Of a stretch of 64,000 nucleotides of DNA, positions 13,641 through 25,958 are shown piece after piece. The notes beneath the pieces are model-generated. The model did no database searches. It had not been told where the DNA came from and saw only the letters and a list, made by a program, of their open reading frames with translations. A program made the translations under genes and the position numbers. The stretch is from Neoechinorhynchus agilis (lineage: Eukaryota; Animalia; Acanthocephala). Location: contig CM121342.1 in NCBI GenBank assembly GCA_051530055.1, positions 4,029,489 through 4,093,488 of the forward strand, in the 5' to 3' direction. Each line of letters starts with the position of its first letter. The first letter of the stretch is position 1.

Positions 13641-14210
13641 CTCTGTTCAGGCTGACTAATAACTCTCTGTGAAGAACTTCTATAGACGATGTTCTGCATT
13701 TGCTGTAGAGCTGTATAAATCCTTATCTTCAAATGGCATCTAACGCATTTTCTACAGTGATACAACAACGTACAGAAATGAATCATTGAACAATCGATCT
13801 GAAGGCGACATTTCTCATGCTCCGTTCATTCGGGACTTGAATTGATCACAGCAGCGGATCATTTTTATGTGTTCTTGCTAACGAGTCAACATTCAATTGG
13901 AAACCGATTTGAAACGAGATTCCCTTAGAGTTTGTCGATCATTAGTGAGTTTTTGACGTAACTCTCGTTGAATTTAATGTCGGAAATCGATCTTTAAAAT
14001 TTGTGTGACTTTTTTTTTGAACGATTTGAGCTTCATTTCTTCGATTTCCGAATTTTTTTGTGCATCTCAGATGTTAGACTTTTAAAATCCTCCGCATTTT
14101 TTTAAAAAATATTTATTTTCACACTACAAGAAATTTTTATTTGTTCAACTTTACGGATCAATGCTGGTTTTAAAAAAAATGACGAAATCTTTCTAGACTC
14201 CGGTCACTAA

Positions 14211-15345
14211 ATGTCATCCGGATCGTCCGCATGCGAGAGTTCTAATGATGACTCGGATATTGCTTTGTCGATTCCTCCACGACTTCTAGCAGATGCGGCT
14301 AATCTAAAGTTGAGTCCTCTAAAATACCTTGGATCTGGATCCTTCTCGCATGTTATTTTGGTTCAGTTTGAAGAAGATTCAGTAAAGCAAAATGGTGCTT
14401 TGAAAATAATCATAAGCGATTCGCTGAAATCAACATCTCATGGATACGTTCGTCGAATCCAATCGGAGTTAAGGATTCTCCGAAAAGTCAATCATTTGTA
14501 CATTATAAAAATGTACAAAGCTTTTATATACCGTTCGTATATTTGTATGCTTTTCGAGCCAATCAATACTGGTATTGATTTGTTTACTTTAACTCGAAGA
14601 TATGCGATTGGACCCGAGAAATCTGCACTTCCTCTAAAGATTTGCATCCATATTCTGTCCCAAATAACGTTTGCTTTGTCTTATTTGCATGCTCGGCGCA
14701 TCATTTATCGGGATCTAAAACCGGAAAACGTTGTGAATCGTTTGTTTTCAATTGGAGCTAAAATTGAGAAACTACGATAAAGTTGACGCAAACGGACTCA
14801 TAAAGCTGGTTGACTTTGGATTTGCAAAGGAACTTCCACCGGGTGGAAAGGCCTATTCTCGTTGCGGAACACTCGTGTCTATGGCGCCGGAAATACATGC
14901 AGCTTCAGGATACACGAATAAAATTGATTGCTGGGCATTGGGAGTTCTAATCTATGAATTAATAGGAGGATTTAATCCGTTCGAGAATAGTACTGGAAAA
15001 TTGAATTTCTTAATCAAACAATTTCCCGCTCATATGGACCGGTTTACAGTTTCCCTTATCTTGAATCTCACTGCATTCGATCCAAATATCCTCATGGCGT
15101 TCAATGTTTGAAAGTTTCTTTTGATTGAACATCCTGGCAGTAATCGTATGGAATGTAGGGAAGTAATGAAGCATTGTTTGTTTAAATGCATTGATTGGAA
15201 AAAAGTGGAACGAGGTACTTTAGATAAACCGACTGGATTCGAAAAATTGTTTACTTCACTGACCAATGAAATGTTCAATGGAAGCGTTGATCATGATGAA
15301 AACAGCAGAGAATGGCTTAAGAATCGTTTTGAATGGAATCTGTAG
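14211..15345 (+). CDS. AGC-family (PKA-like) Ser/Thr kinase; candidate 25-nt GT-AG intron near 14723-14747 and candidate 45-nt AT-AC intron 15086-15130
   Basis: LGSGSFSHV, ALKII, YRDLKPEN, IKLVDFG, CGT..SMAPE, DCWALGVLIYEL..GFNPF and AGC tail HCLFKCIDW. Confidence 0.85.
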
Positions 15346-15880
15346 CTCAGGGATTAAAGGAACGCTATTGTAAAACCTTCCAAAGAATGCTCATGTTTCA
15401 TTTTAGATGGAAGCGAATAGAAAAACAAACTCAAGTCTATTAATCATACCGGAATACACACATCATCACACCTAACCGGGCATTCCTCGAATATCCACTT
15501 CCATTTACAAAAGAACTTTGGAACAATCCAACACCATCGGCTATCGTAGCAAGTCATTCCATAATATTTGGGAGCCTGGATGGTGGTGAAAATGATAAAG
15601 AGTAGTAGTAGAAGTCTTTTCATTGTGCTAAGAGCAGATTAGGACGGTACTCTGTAATATACTGTCGACTCCTGAGAAGAACGTGATTAGTTATGATGAA
15701 TTGTCAGGTTAGTAAACGACGAAATGAGATTGTCTTGACAGATACACTAATTTACGTAGGGAAAAACGATTTTGTAGTTATCTCTTTTTGCTTCAGGCGA
15801 GTTGCGCAATATCTGAAATGATCAGGTAGCAAAAACAAAGGTTTATTAAGAGAATTCGAAAAGTGTTTTTTTTTTATTTG

Positions 15881-16036
15881 TCGATAGGAGAAAATAAATG
15901 AAATTAAGAATTTATTGGATATTTCCATCCACTATCTCGGATCTTCTTCAGCGATTGTTTGTTAGTAATGGCGGATCCGAGATAGTGGATTGAAATATCC
16001 AATAAATTCTTAATTTCATTTATTTTCTCCTATCGA
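15881..16036. mobile_element. Near-perfect hairpin (MITE-like), ~63 bp arms
   Basis: tcgataggagaaaataaatg...ctatctcggatc / gatccgagatag...ttctcctatcga. Confidence 0.75.
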
Positions 16037-16273
16037 GAAAATAACAATGAATAATCTTTTTAGATTGTCCTTATTTAAGCAAATTAAGCGGTTGAAACAA
16101 ATCTATTTATTTTGAACCGATATTTTAGAGTTTTACTCCTTCTTAAGGGTTTGCTTGGAAATGTCGGTAGAAACTAAATATTCGTTTTTAAGAGCTTAAC
16201 TTGCATAAATGAGGACAATCTAAAGTGATTCCTATCCAATTGTTCCTTCGAGGATGTGTATTCTCAATGGCGA

Positions 16274-16475
16274 ATTGTTCTCCCACTCGAGTTTTATTGA
16301 ACTCTTCATTACGAATTTTTAAGGCCTTAAAGCATCCTTCTTAAGCATTGCTTGTAAGTTTTTAAATATGTGAGTTCGTCTAATTTAAAGAACTTACAAG
16401 CAATGCTTGAGAAGGAGGCTGAGGCCTTGAAAATTCGCAATGAAGAGTTCAATAAAACTCGAGTGGGAGAACAAT
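16274..16475. repeat. Imperfect long hairpin, ~85 bp arms
   Basis: attgttctcccactcgagttttattgaactcttcatt... / ...aatgaagagttcaataaaactcgagtgggagaacaat. Confidence 0.85.
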
Positions 16476-16539
16476 CTATTATGTAATTGTCGTCGTTGGT
16501 CGGTCGCTTCGGATTCGTCAGTGTAATCCAATTTTGTAT

Positions 16540-16960
16540 CGGAACTTTCTAAGGATCTGGGAAGGGACACTGGATTGTTCCCAATTTGTCGTTTTGTCAG
16601 TTACGTGTTTGAGTTTCTCAGTTCGGTAAGTATTTATCACGGATTGGGGTTCGATGTTGGTTTTTGATCTTGTCTTTAAATCTCTTCGATTGTCCTCCGC
16701 GTAGTTGTTTTGGGTTCCTTGTGTCATCCATTTTCTGAGCAATTAGCACGAATTCCATACTCAGGGATTTTGATATCTCAAGGACTTTGTTGTTAGTCAC
16801 ATAGTCTTCCCATCTGATTAGGGAAAGATTTGATGGAGTTGATTGAGTCTCTCGAGGATCTTGATGTGTTCCCGTTTCGTGGATCAGGTTTTTTAGCCGT
16901 ACAGCAAAGTTGTGAGAACGATAGCCCAACAAATCCGGACGTTTGTGTCAGTTGAAGTTG
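16540..16960 (-). mobile_element. Degenerate RTE-clade non-LTR retrotransposon 3' fragment
   Basis: LIRWEDYVTNNKVLEISKSLSME...QKMDDTRNPKQL.RGGQSKRFKDKIK matches the RTE post-RT consensus IxWxDxVxNxEVL...RMxDxRxPKxL...RFKD; frameshifted. Confidence 0.75.
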
Positions 16961-17452
16961 TGGAATACTCATTGTCCGAGATTTTTCCAAATATGTGAGT
17001 TCGTCTAATTTAAAGAACTTCAGCGATTGCTTGCAAGTTTTTTCAGTTGCAATCGCTGAAGAAGATCCGAGATAGGGGATCGAAATATCAAATAAATTCT
17101 TAAAGTGTTTTTTGTGGTTAGAAAAGAAAAAAATTTGTTTAAACTATTTCGGAACTAAATAAATCTAATGGATGAAATATTGGAACCATTCTGTTCTTTT
17201 AATTTTTATGCCAAATGCAAACATGAACAATTCAAAAAATTTAAAAATAGAAGAAAAGATTTGTTTTGGACTCAGCCTATAAATTCGCCCATTCACAACG
17301 GAGCAGAGAGGAAACGACAAACCAGGCCCGATAAAGCCCAGAAATTCCAGACAAACTTCGTGGCGTTTGATGCTAAAAGTCTTTTTTACAAAGTTTATTA
17401 GGTTTGCAGTGAACAAGTTTTTTAAATCGGTTTTAACATTGAACTATTCTGA

Positions 17453-17603
17453 TGCTTGTTTATGGCTTAAACAATTAAAGGAATTTTGGTTAAATCCGAT
17501 TGTTTTCGCTTCTCTTGTCTTTATCAAAATTGCTTAGTTTTCATATCCGAAAACAATCGGATTTAACCAAGATTCCTTTAATTTTTTATGCCATAAACAA
17601 GTA
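17453..17603. repeat. Hairpin (MITE-like), ~55 bp arms
   Basis: tgcttgtttatggc...ggttaaatccgattgttttcg / cgaaaacaatcggatttaacc...gccataaacaagta. Confidence 0.8.
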
Positions 17604-19147
17604 AATAGAAGTTTACAAGAATGTCAGTTTTATTCATAGTCACAGGATTGATTTAATTGTAAAACTGAACAAAAAACATCTTGCGTTTACCTTGAACCCA
17701 TCGAGATTTAAGAATAAATCTTGCCTTATTGGGATTTAACATAAAGTTTCTATTTACTGTTAGCGGTTAGGTCACCGATAAAAAAAATTCGAACTAAAAA
17801 TGGTCGTTAGAAAAATAATGGAATAAATTACTAATTTCTATAAAATAAACGCGTCGGTGATAACGCAGATCAATGAAGTTTTGGATGCAAAAAAAAATCC
17901 AAATCGTGAATCAATAAGTTTTGACGTTTTTTAAAAATACGAGAAAATATTAAAAAAGAAGCAAAATGTTTGACGAAGCTTTTAAACATTAACAAAGAAC
18001 TTCAATGGAGAACAAAACAACGTGAACTCCGAAACAAAAAAAGAACAAAAATTTTTATTAGTAGTAAAACGAAAAGGAGAATGAGATCGCGTTTCATAGT
18101 CTAATTTCGATGAATCCTTGAAAAGATTTGAGTGTATTTAAAAGCGAAATTCATTAGAAAAATAAGCACTTTGAAATGTCGAAAATCTTTTCGTCCGGAA
18201 AGTAAAGATTATTGCCGATAAGGATTTTGTGGTGGCGATAAGAGGCGATTGAATTTAAATGAGAATAATCGAGGTAATCTTTAGTCTTTTTGATTACCAA
18301 TGACTTTGGAATTAAGAAATAATCTCAGCGCATTCTATTGAGTTGGACGAGACGAATTGGTATCCAAAGACTGCAATGTCGTTTCTCAATCGAAGAGGCG
18401 GTTAAAATAAAACGTTACCGATACGGATAATATTTTTAATACGTGGACGATCGCCAGATCAAAAAAGATCGGAATCATTTAAGTAAAAAGACAGAAAATT
18501 CGATCGCACAATTATTAAATATGCTTTAAAATACATTAAGACCGAAAAACTGTCCTGAAAAATATCAATAACAAAAATTAATATAAGTAGCGAATGATTT
18601 TAATATCGTTGAAAATATTTAAGATCAATTTAAAGGAAGGAAAATATCGATAAACCTTTTTTCACGAGGGAATTTCACCCGATCAAAGACTCGTGAACAA
18701 TAAAATTGAAAGCTAAGAGTTAAATAATTTTCCATAAAGATGGAATACGTCTTCAAGTGTCGAACTAAACAAAAATTATCGCTCAAAAAATTCCAACAAT
18801 GAATCTTTACTTAAAAGTGCAATTCTACCACCGAATATTAATTAGTATAAATATTTTTGTTTAAAAAAAAGAATAGAAACCCGGAAAATATGCGATAAAT
18901 GATTACCGAATTAAATGATACTGATAAAACGCGATATTATCTTCAAAGATCGTTGAATTATTTGAAAAAATCGATAAATTCTCAACCTTTTTCTGCTGCA
19001 ACATCATAAATACATTCAACATTTTAAACCTTTTAAGCGACTTCAAGAGCTTTCTTGTGAATTCTCTTAAAATTTAACGATATTTCCGGCTAATATGGAA
19101 TAACCCGATTTTCCGCAAATCGCATCCAAGAATGTTTATCATCAGAA

Positions 19148-20500
19148 TCACAGATAAGGAAAAACTCGCAATGATAAAAGCAACAAAATACTAATGAGTG
19201 TCAAAGTCGTCCCGACATTTATAATCCGACTGGAAAATCCTCGGCTTCCAGTTTGTTTATTGAAACGAACAATATGAATAAAATGAGCTGCGTCGCTTTC
19301 GTATATTAGAAGAGCATTCGAGAATACAAATAAGGCCGAAATTGAACAAAGAGTTCGCAGAAAGATCCGCATCTCCGTAAATAACCAGGCGAACGGACGA
19401 AGAAAAATATGAGATGTCGTTATTGTCTCCTTCGAGAAAGATGATAGGAAAACTGCGGAATCAATGACAGGTCGAAGAACTCGAATGCTGTCGTCCAATC
19501 TAAAGTTAACTTCGAAAAGGCAATCGTCCAAAGAATCAAAGACAAGTTGAACGCAGATCTCACTTTTTGGACATTTCTTTTCCGTTGTGCAATAACCTCG
19601 GATTTGTGGATTCTCAAATCCCAAACGTCTAACAAGACATCCAGTTCTATTGAGCAGTCGTGCCTTCATGAAACAATTTCGCTGGGAAATATAAGATATT
19701 TTGTAGATAGAGATCAAGACAACCTTTGATCTCATATCTTAAATGTACAATTGGAAATCATCGATGTGAACGCAGCATTCCGAACGGTTAAAACGGCGAA
19801 CAACCTCTAAACAAAAACGAAGTTCGTCCAAACTTGTAACAGTGCAATTGTCAATCGATTGAACTTCAAAATTTCCTGTTATTCCATTGATTTTATCCAA
19901 ATGAATTTGTCTGTTGAATAAATCGTTATTAACGGATCTGTCGATAATGGCAACCAGGAAAAAGCAAACAAAACAACAGACGAGATTGTGCCATAAACCA
20001 CCGGCGACAAATCTATCAAAATTGGTTCGAAATTTGTTATAACAGAATTCAAAAATACCTCAGTTTCTTTACAATTTCATCTGTTGGATTCACTGAGAGT
20101 CGAACAAAAGAAGCAGGAATGTAAATGCAAGTTAAACGCAGCCCCATTGAGCGAAAGGATCCACCGTCACTAAACAAATGAAGAAATAATTGGAGGGAAA
20201 AATGAGTTCATACTTTAGACAAGCGATGACATGGCCAGATTCGTGGATTACGACCGAAAAAACGATCGCCGTGATAAGATGAACAAATGGAAATCGCAAA
20301 TAGACAACAATCAAAGCGACTGTTGAGAAATGAGTTGGCTTATAGAAAAGAAGAGCGAAAATCAAACACAAAGGACTAATAATTAAAGCGATTCCGAAAG
20401 CAATAATTCCAGCATTGAACCATTGGTTTAAGAAGCGACGATGACAAGAATTTAAGAAGGAATGAATTTGAACGTTGTCAACTTTGAATGCGATGTTCAT
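19148..20500 (-). CDS. MBTPS2: Site-2 protease (M50) homolog, multi-exon, copy 1
   Basis: VVIHESGHVIA (HExGH); FVAGGLWHNLV resembles IFCAGIWHNFV; C-terminal SNALLIYESDA aligns to NAVPCFALDG. Confidence 0.8.
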
Positions 20501-20924
20501 CTTAAATTCTAAAAGAAAAGCTCGGTCACATCTTTCGAAAAGGATATTCCAAAAAAATGAGCATTCTACTCAATCGATGGCTTTTATGTTGAAGAATGAA
20601 AACCTGGAGTAATATTTCGGATAAGAACGGACGTCGAGGAACGAACGGCCAATGAGTTTTTACGTTCGTAAACGTAAAGCTTTTGAGGATCAAAAACTTC
20701 TTTTTTGTGGATAAAAATGTACGTTCCATTCAATGAAGGAGGTCGAAGAAAAAACGAAAAAGTTGCATTCGATTCTCTTTCCAGCGAGAGAAGGGTGGCG
20801 GACGCCGGTTTTAGTCATTCGAGCGAACGAGCGTTTCCCTCGCTGGATGTTCGGAGTCGTCCGGAGTTGGGATGTTCTCGATGCTGCGGATGGGGCGTTT
20901 CCTTCGTTTTCGGCGGGATCCCTT

Positions 20925-20996
20925 TGCGTTGGCCGGGAATCGAACCCGGATCGGCTGCTTGGAAGGCAACCATGCTAACCATTACACCACCAACGC
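20925..20996 (-). tRNA. tRNA-Gly(TCC), copy 1
   Basis: Reverse complement of 25887-25958; full cloverleaf with TCC anticodon. Confidence 0.95.
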
Positions 20997-21327
20997 TGCT
21001 TTCCGAGAAGCGAACGAAATATATTTGAAATTTCTAAAGCGAAAATAGAAGCTGAATTTTGAATCTTCTCCATTTCAAATCCCAGATTTTCTTAATTATT
21101 CGGCAAAGTGGGACCATAGAATTCGTTATAGAATTCGTGTGCTCCTCGGTGCAGAAGTAATCGCCGTGAATTCAAAGATAAAATTCCTATGCCGTGAACA
21201 CTTCTCTCTCACATGTTTAAGATGTAATCAAATATCGATTCTTATTTTATTGGGAAATGACTAAAATAAAAATCGATTTCTAATTTTTGGATCATCGAAA
21301 TTTCGTGGTTAGTTTGATAGCAATATC

Positions 21328-21350
21328 GCTAACCATTACACCACCAACGC
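21328..21350 (-). pseudogene. Truncated 5' fragment (23 nt) of tRNA-Gly
   Basis: gcgttggtggtgtaatggttagc on the minus strand, then unrelated sequence. Confidence 0.8.
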
Positions 21351-22280
21351 TGCCTATGAGAAAAACGAACTGAGAATGTTAAACTTTCTAAATGGAAATG
21401 GGATGCTGAATTTTGAATCATCTCCATTTCCAATCTTAGATTTTCTTAATTATTATTTCGGCAAAAAAGGCGATAAAATTGTTGGTTTTTATTATTCTTA
21501 AAGTTCAAGTACAATCCCGATGAGTACTGGACCGAAAACAGTACAAAATCGATCTCTAATTTTTGGATCATCGAAATTTCGTGGTTAGTTTGATAGCAAT
21601 ATCGCCAATCATTACAGTCTCGTATTTTTGCCGAATGCGGTCGCCACTGGACGGCCATCTAAAATCGGTAAAGATTGTTCGATTCTAAAATATTGGGGTG
21701 CATTCAGGGCACTACTAAGAGAATTGCGTTCATTTCATTTTAAAGTTCGGAAGGTCTCTTCACAAATTTGGCTCCGGCTCGTTCAAACTCGGCAACAATT
21801 ATTGAGCCCAATCTAAGGTACACGAAACTGGAATTAGGACTAAATCATGGAATAAGTCAATAGTTAGAAGGTTTGGAAAAAAGAACGTTTGAGCAAATAC
21901 ATTCAAAAGAGGCGTGAAATCCGCTGATTTTGCAGTAAAGAACGTAGAGGACGCTAATGAAACCCATTTAAAATAAAACAAATTGAGATGTATTTAATTG
22001 CATTTATTTGACAATGTTTTAAATGTACAACACAATTGAAATAAATTCAATATAATAATTAGAAGCAGAGAAATGAGTAGAGGCGTTTTTAGCGTAAAAC
22101 CCAATTCAATTTTCCCTGTATGAACGATTAGCAAAACAATTGAAAACCGTATGATATATTTGTGAGGCGCATCGGTACGCTTATTTGCTTATTTGGGACT
22201 ATTTGTTCATCTTGTTTGGGTCTAGCTTCTTTTTTTTGCGATGAATCACAACCGGAACGTAGCCTTCAATATTGCCAGCT

Positions 22281-23617
22281 ATGAATTTCAGTAGTAGAAT
22301 GCAAGGAAATAATAACCAAGAGTTTGTAGACAATTATCAAGAATATGGCAATGATCATCATCAGTCTCCCGAATACTATTCAAGTGGAGATCAATTTGAT
22401 TCTCGGTACGACATTAATGACAATGTTCATGGACGTCCAAATGAAACAGTTTCCAACCTCAACCAAAGTAGCTCTCGTGGTAATCTATCATATATGGAAA
22501 TGATATCGAGAGCAATTGAATCCCATCCTCAACAACGACTTGTCTTAAAAGACATCTACAAATGGCTCATCATAAATATGCCATATTTTACTGAACGGCA
22601 GCATAAACCAATCTGCAGGTCCTGGCAGGTAAATATTGAACTATAAAAAACTTCCCAAGTTTCCATTCGAGTTTTTAGAACACTGTGAGGCACAATTTAT
22701 CAATCTATAAGTGCTTTATTCGCATCCCAAATGAGAGACCAGGTAAGAGTTCTTGGTGGATTGTAGATCGAACACGGACTGGTAAACGTCGATCAAGTCA
22801 TAAACGTCGATATGAAGATCAATATTGGTACAATCGAAATGGGATGGACCTTCAACCGTATGCTGTAAAGCGGTATCGTCTGAGTCCAAATGACACAAAT
22901 CCAAGTTTCTATAATAACCTAAATTCCCAATATGGAAACTATACTGAATATGGGAACTGGAACGTAAACGCAAATAACGGAATGGCAAATATGAATGGTT
23001 TAACACATTTCAACGTCCCTCAAAATGGGCATTTTGAGAATTTATCACAACCTACAACTAATTTTCAATATAATCAAGGTGAAATTGGCTATAGTGGTTA
23101 CCAGAATGAAAGCCAGCCGGGACCTACAATCTATGCTGACCAGGATTCACAGTATAATAGTCAATTTGTTTGTCCGTCAGAAACTGGAACGGCTAATTCC
23201 ACTACACAAACCATTGGAAATCCGAATTTTCAGTGTGAACAAAGTGAGCAATTCGACACTCAACCACCACCACCACTATATGGCAATCCTGATTTCCAAT
23301 CAAATTGGAACTACTATCAAAATGAACAATTCACCTATCCACAACAATATGAAACAAATAATGCCGATCCTTTACAGAATACTTACCAAAATGATATTAA
23401 TGCATTCGATAATAACAATTCATCAGAAAATTGGAATCAAACCCCCAATGAAACCGTTTTCTACTTACAACAAAGCCAATTTGACACAATCTCAAATCCA
23501 ACGCAATTCGAATATGTTTCAACAAATCGTATTCAAGCGGATACAATGCAACGGAATGCGATCCAAGAGAGAGATGTGGTAAATAACCAATCCGGTGATT
23601 ATATTCACCGAGTGTAG
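22281..23617 (+). CDS. FOXO: Forkhead transcription factor, FoxO class; 50-nt intron 22629-22678
   Basis: GNLSY.EMI.RAIES...RL.L.DIY.W....PYF...WQ|NTVRHNLS...F.RI.NE..GKSSWW; the GKSSWW motif is typical of FoxO. Confidence 0.85.
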
Positions 23618-25532
23618 TATGAGATGTAAAGCATCTTAGTGATTTAACCCCCCTTATATTCATCCCACATTATTACTCCTTTAAGTATTAATAAATATTG
23701 AAATACTTTATTTGTATTTATTTAAAAGCAAAACAACAATACAAAACCTCTCCGCTCCTATTCATCGGCGCTGGCCAAAATAATGGTTGCATTGCCCCGC
23801 GGCACCGCAATGCTTTGGCTCTCCAGTCGCCGCGTTGATTCGTTTCCCCAAGTCCCCCCCCAAGGACAAATGGTAGTCTCGGATTAGCTCCCTGTATTTC
23901 GAGCATTTCCGATCCTACCCGCCAAGGAATCCATCTAATCTACAAAGATTGGTGGGTTCTAGAATGTTTGGGAGGGAAAGCGTTTTTAGAATCCTACTCA
24001 GAATGGCATTGATTTCAGCATGCCGGATATTTGTTGGTACTCAATGTCCATAAGATTGAAAGTGTTATTATCGAGGCCATATTCAGGGAACCAATACTTT
24101 CGAGAGAAACAAGACAAATTATTCCCTAAAGTTCAGGATACCTCCTGACATTGAGGTTGCTGAATTCCTTTATTGACTGAAACGAAATATTTCAATTAAA
24201 GTGATTCTTGGATATATAATTTTCCCTACTTACAAGCAGTTTATTATTTTGAACAACCCTCCCTCAACCTCGAACCTCCCTATACCAACGCTCCTTTTCC
24301 ATGCTGCCCAATCTTCTCTCGGATATCAAAACCCGAAAATGAACCTGAGGAAAGACCAACCTTAAAAAACGCTCCTCCAAACAATAACCACCAATTCGCC
24401 CACAAGAACGGACCTTCCAACCGGATATTCTTAAACGAGCAGACATATTCTCATCCAAATGGGCATCCCTCCGACCTGATATTCTCACCCTAACGAATAC
24501 GCTTTTTTGAATAACTCTGAACTGGAATGCTTCTGAGGACCCAAAGTTACATGGATAATATTCTGTATTTTCATCGATAGTTTATATTCTGTATTTATTA
24601 CCAATAAACGTGCTGTTATTATCTGTTCGTGGCCCTTGAAGTATCATAATTTTTGATCGATTTTTACCAGCATCGTTTTCTTCGTTCGGATTGTTTTCTA
24701 CTAAATTATCAAACTTTCTTGGGACCCTTGTTAAACTCCACTTCGTCTCACTTCACTGCTTAAAATTGTAAATGTGGATCGAGTTAACGATCACGGCAAA
24801 AGAAGCGTTTTTTCAACTTGTCAAGTTGATTCCGAAAACTTTTTAAATTCTATGAACAAAACGCGTTTTCCGCCCGAATCCCTAGGATTTAATTTCATTG
24901 CTCAAATGAAAAAATTTGTCTTTTGTTTTTAAACGCCCTCTGAGCCACCAAAAAGCAGCATCGATCGTCATTGGGCTTCGACCGTTCGTCGATACTTACT
25001 GTTTCCGAAGAAAAATTTCTAGTAAGCTTTGTACCCAGAAAACGGAATCCTTCCTTTTAACGTCTCCTTCCTTCCCTACACTAAAACTTCTTCCCCTGAA
25101 ACGTCGATGTCGCATCGTTGTGAAGAGACCTTCCGAACTTTAAAATGAAATGAACGCAATTCTCTTAGTAGTGCCCTGAATGCACCCCAATATTTTAGAA
25201 TCGAACAATCTTTACCGATTTTAGATGGTCGTCCAGTGGCGACCGCATTCGGCAAAAATACGAGACTGTAATGATTGGCGATATTGCTATCAAACTAACC
25301 ACGAAATTTCGATGATCCAAAAATTAGAGATCGATTTTGTACTGTTTTCGGTCCAGTACTCATCGGGATTGTACTTGAACTTTAAGAATAATAAAAACCA
25401 ACAATTTTATCGCCTTTTTTGCCGAAATAATAATTAAGAAAATCTAAGATTGGAAATGGAGATGATTCAAAATTCAGCATCCCATTTCCATTTAGAAAGT
25501 TTAACATTCTCAGTTCGTTTTTCTCATAGGCA

Positions 25533-25555
25533 GCGTTGGTGGTGTAATGGTTAGC
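25533..25555 (+). pseudogene. Truncated 5' fragment (23 nt) of tRNA-Gly
   Basis: First 23 nt of the tRNA fused via GC to a repeat of the sequence near 25278. Confidence 0.8.
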
Positions 25556-25886
25556 GATATTGCTATCAAACTAACCACGAAATTTCGATGATCCAAAAAT
25601 TAGAAATCGATTTTTATTTTAGTCATTTCCCAATAAAATAAGAATCGATATTTGATTACATCTTAAACATGTGAGAGAGAAGTGTTCACGGCATAGGAAT
25701 TTTATCTTTGAATTCACGGCGATTACTTCTGCACCGAGGAGCACACGAATTCTATAACGAATTCTATGGTCCCACTTTGCCGAATAATTAAGAAAATCTG
25801 GGATTTGAAATGGAGAAGATTCAAAATTCAGCTTCTATTTTCGCTTTAGAAATTTCAAATATATTTCGTTCGCTTCTCGGAAAGCA

Positions 25887-25958
25887 GCGTTGGTGGTGTA
25901 ATGGTTAGCATGGTTGCCTTCCAAGCAGCCGATCCGGGTTCGATTCCCGGCCAACGCA
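25887..25958 (+). tRNA. tRNA-Gly(TCC), copy 2
   Basis: GCGTTGGTGGTGTAATGGTTAGCATGGTTGCCTTCCAAGCAGCCGATCCGGGTTCGATTCCCGGCCAACGCA; A and B boxes present, TCC anticodon. Confidence 0.95.

Larger units (their letters stand above)
15904..17103. mobile_element. TIR-bounded composite element (~54 bp imperfect TIRs at 15904-15957 and 17050-17103)
   Basis: ttaagaatttattggatatttcc...tcttcttcagcgattg is the reverse complement of caatcgctgaagaagatccgagatag...gaaatatcaaataaattcttaa. Confidence 0.55.
17973..21765 (-). repeat. Left arm of ~3.8 kb inverted duplication (partner 25118-28967)
   Basis: Mirrored ORFs (coordinate sum 46883); about ten substitutions seen between the arms; the right arm has ~50 extra bp near 28900-28947. 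Confidence 0.95.

Noticed and set aside
13640-13830. Minus-strand frame punctuated by TAG stops, suggesting a variant genetic code
   Set aside because: SUMO, the kinase and FoxO end in TAG, so TAG is a normal stop here.
20705-21028. ORFs overlapping the tRNA (also 25855-26178, 25905-26150)
   Set aside because: They are by-products of GC-rich tRNA and trailer sequence with no protein motifs.
23718-24488. Possible small minus-strand gene with an in-frame TGA (selenoprotein?) in the palindrome spacer
   Set aside because: Only short frames and one donor-like site; no recognisable family or SECIS could be supported.
25870-25880. U2 snRNA-like 5' motif TCGCTTCTCGG upstream of the tRNA
   Set aside because: An 11-nt match only; the rest of U2 does not follow.
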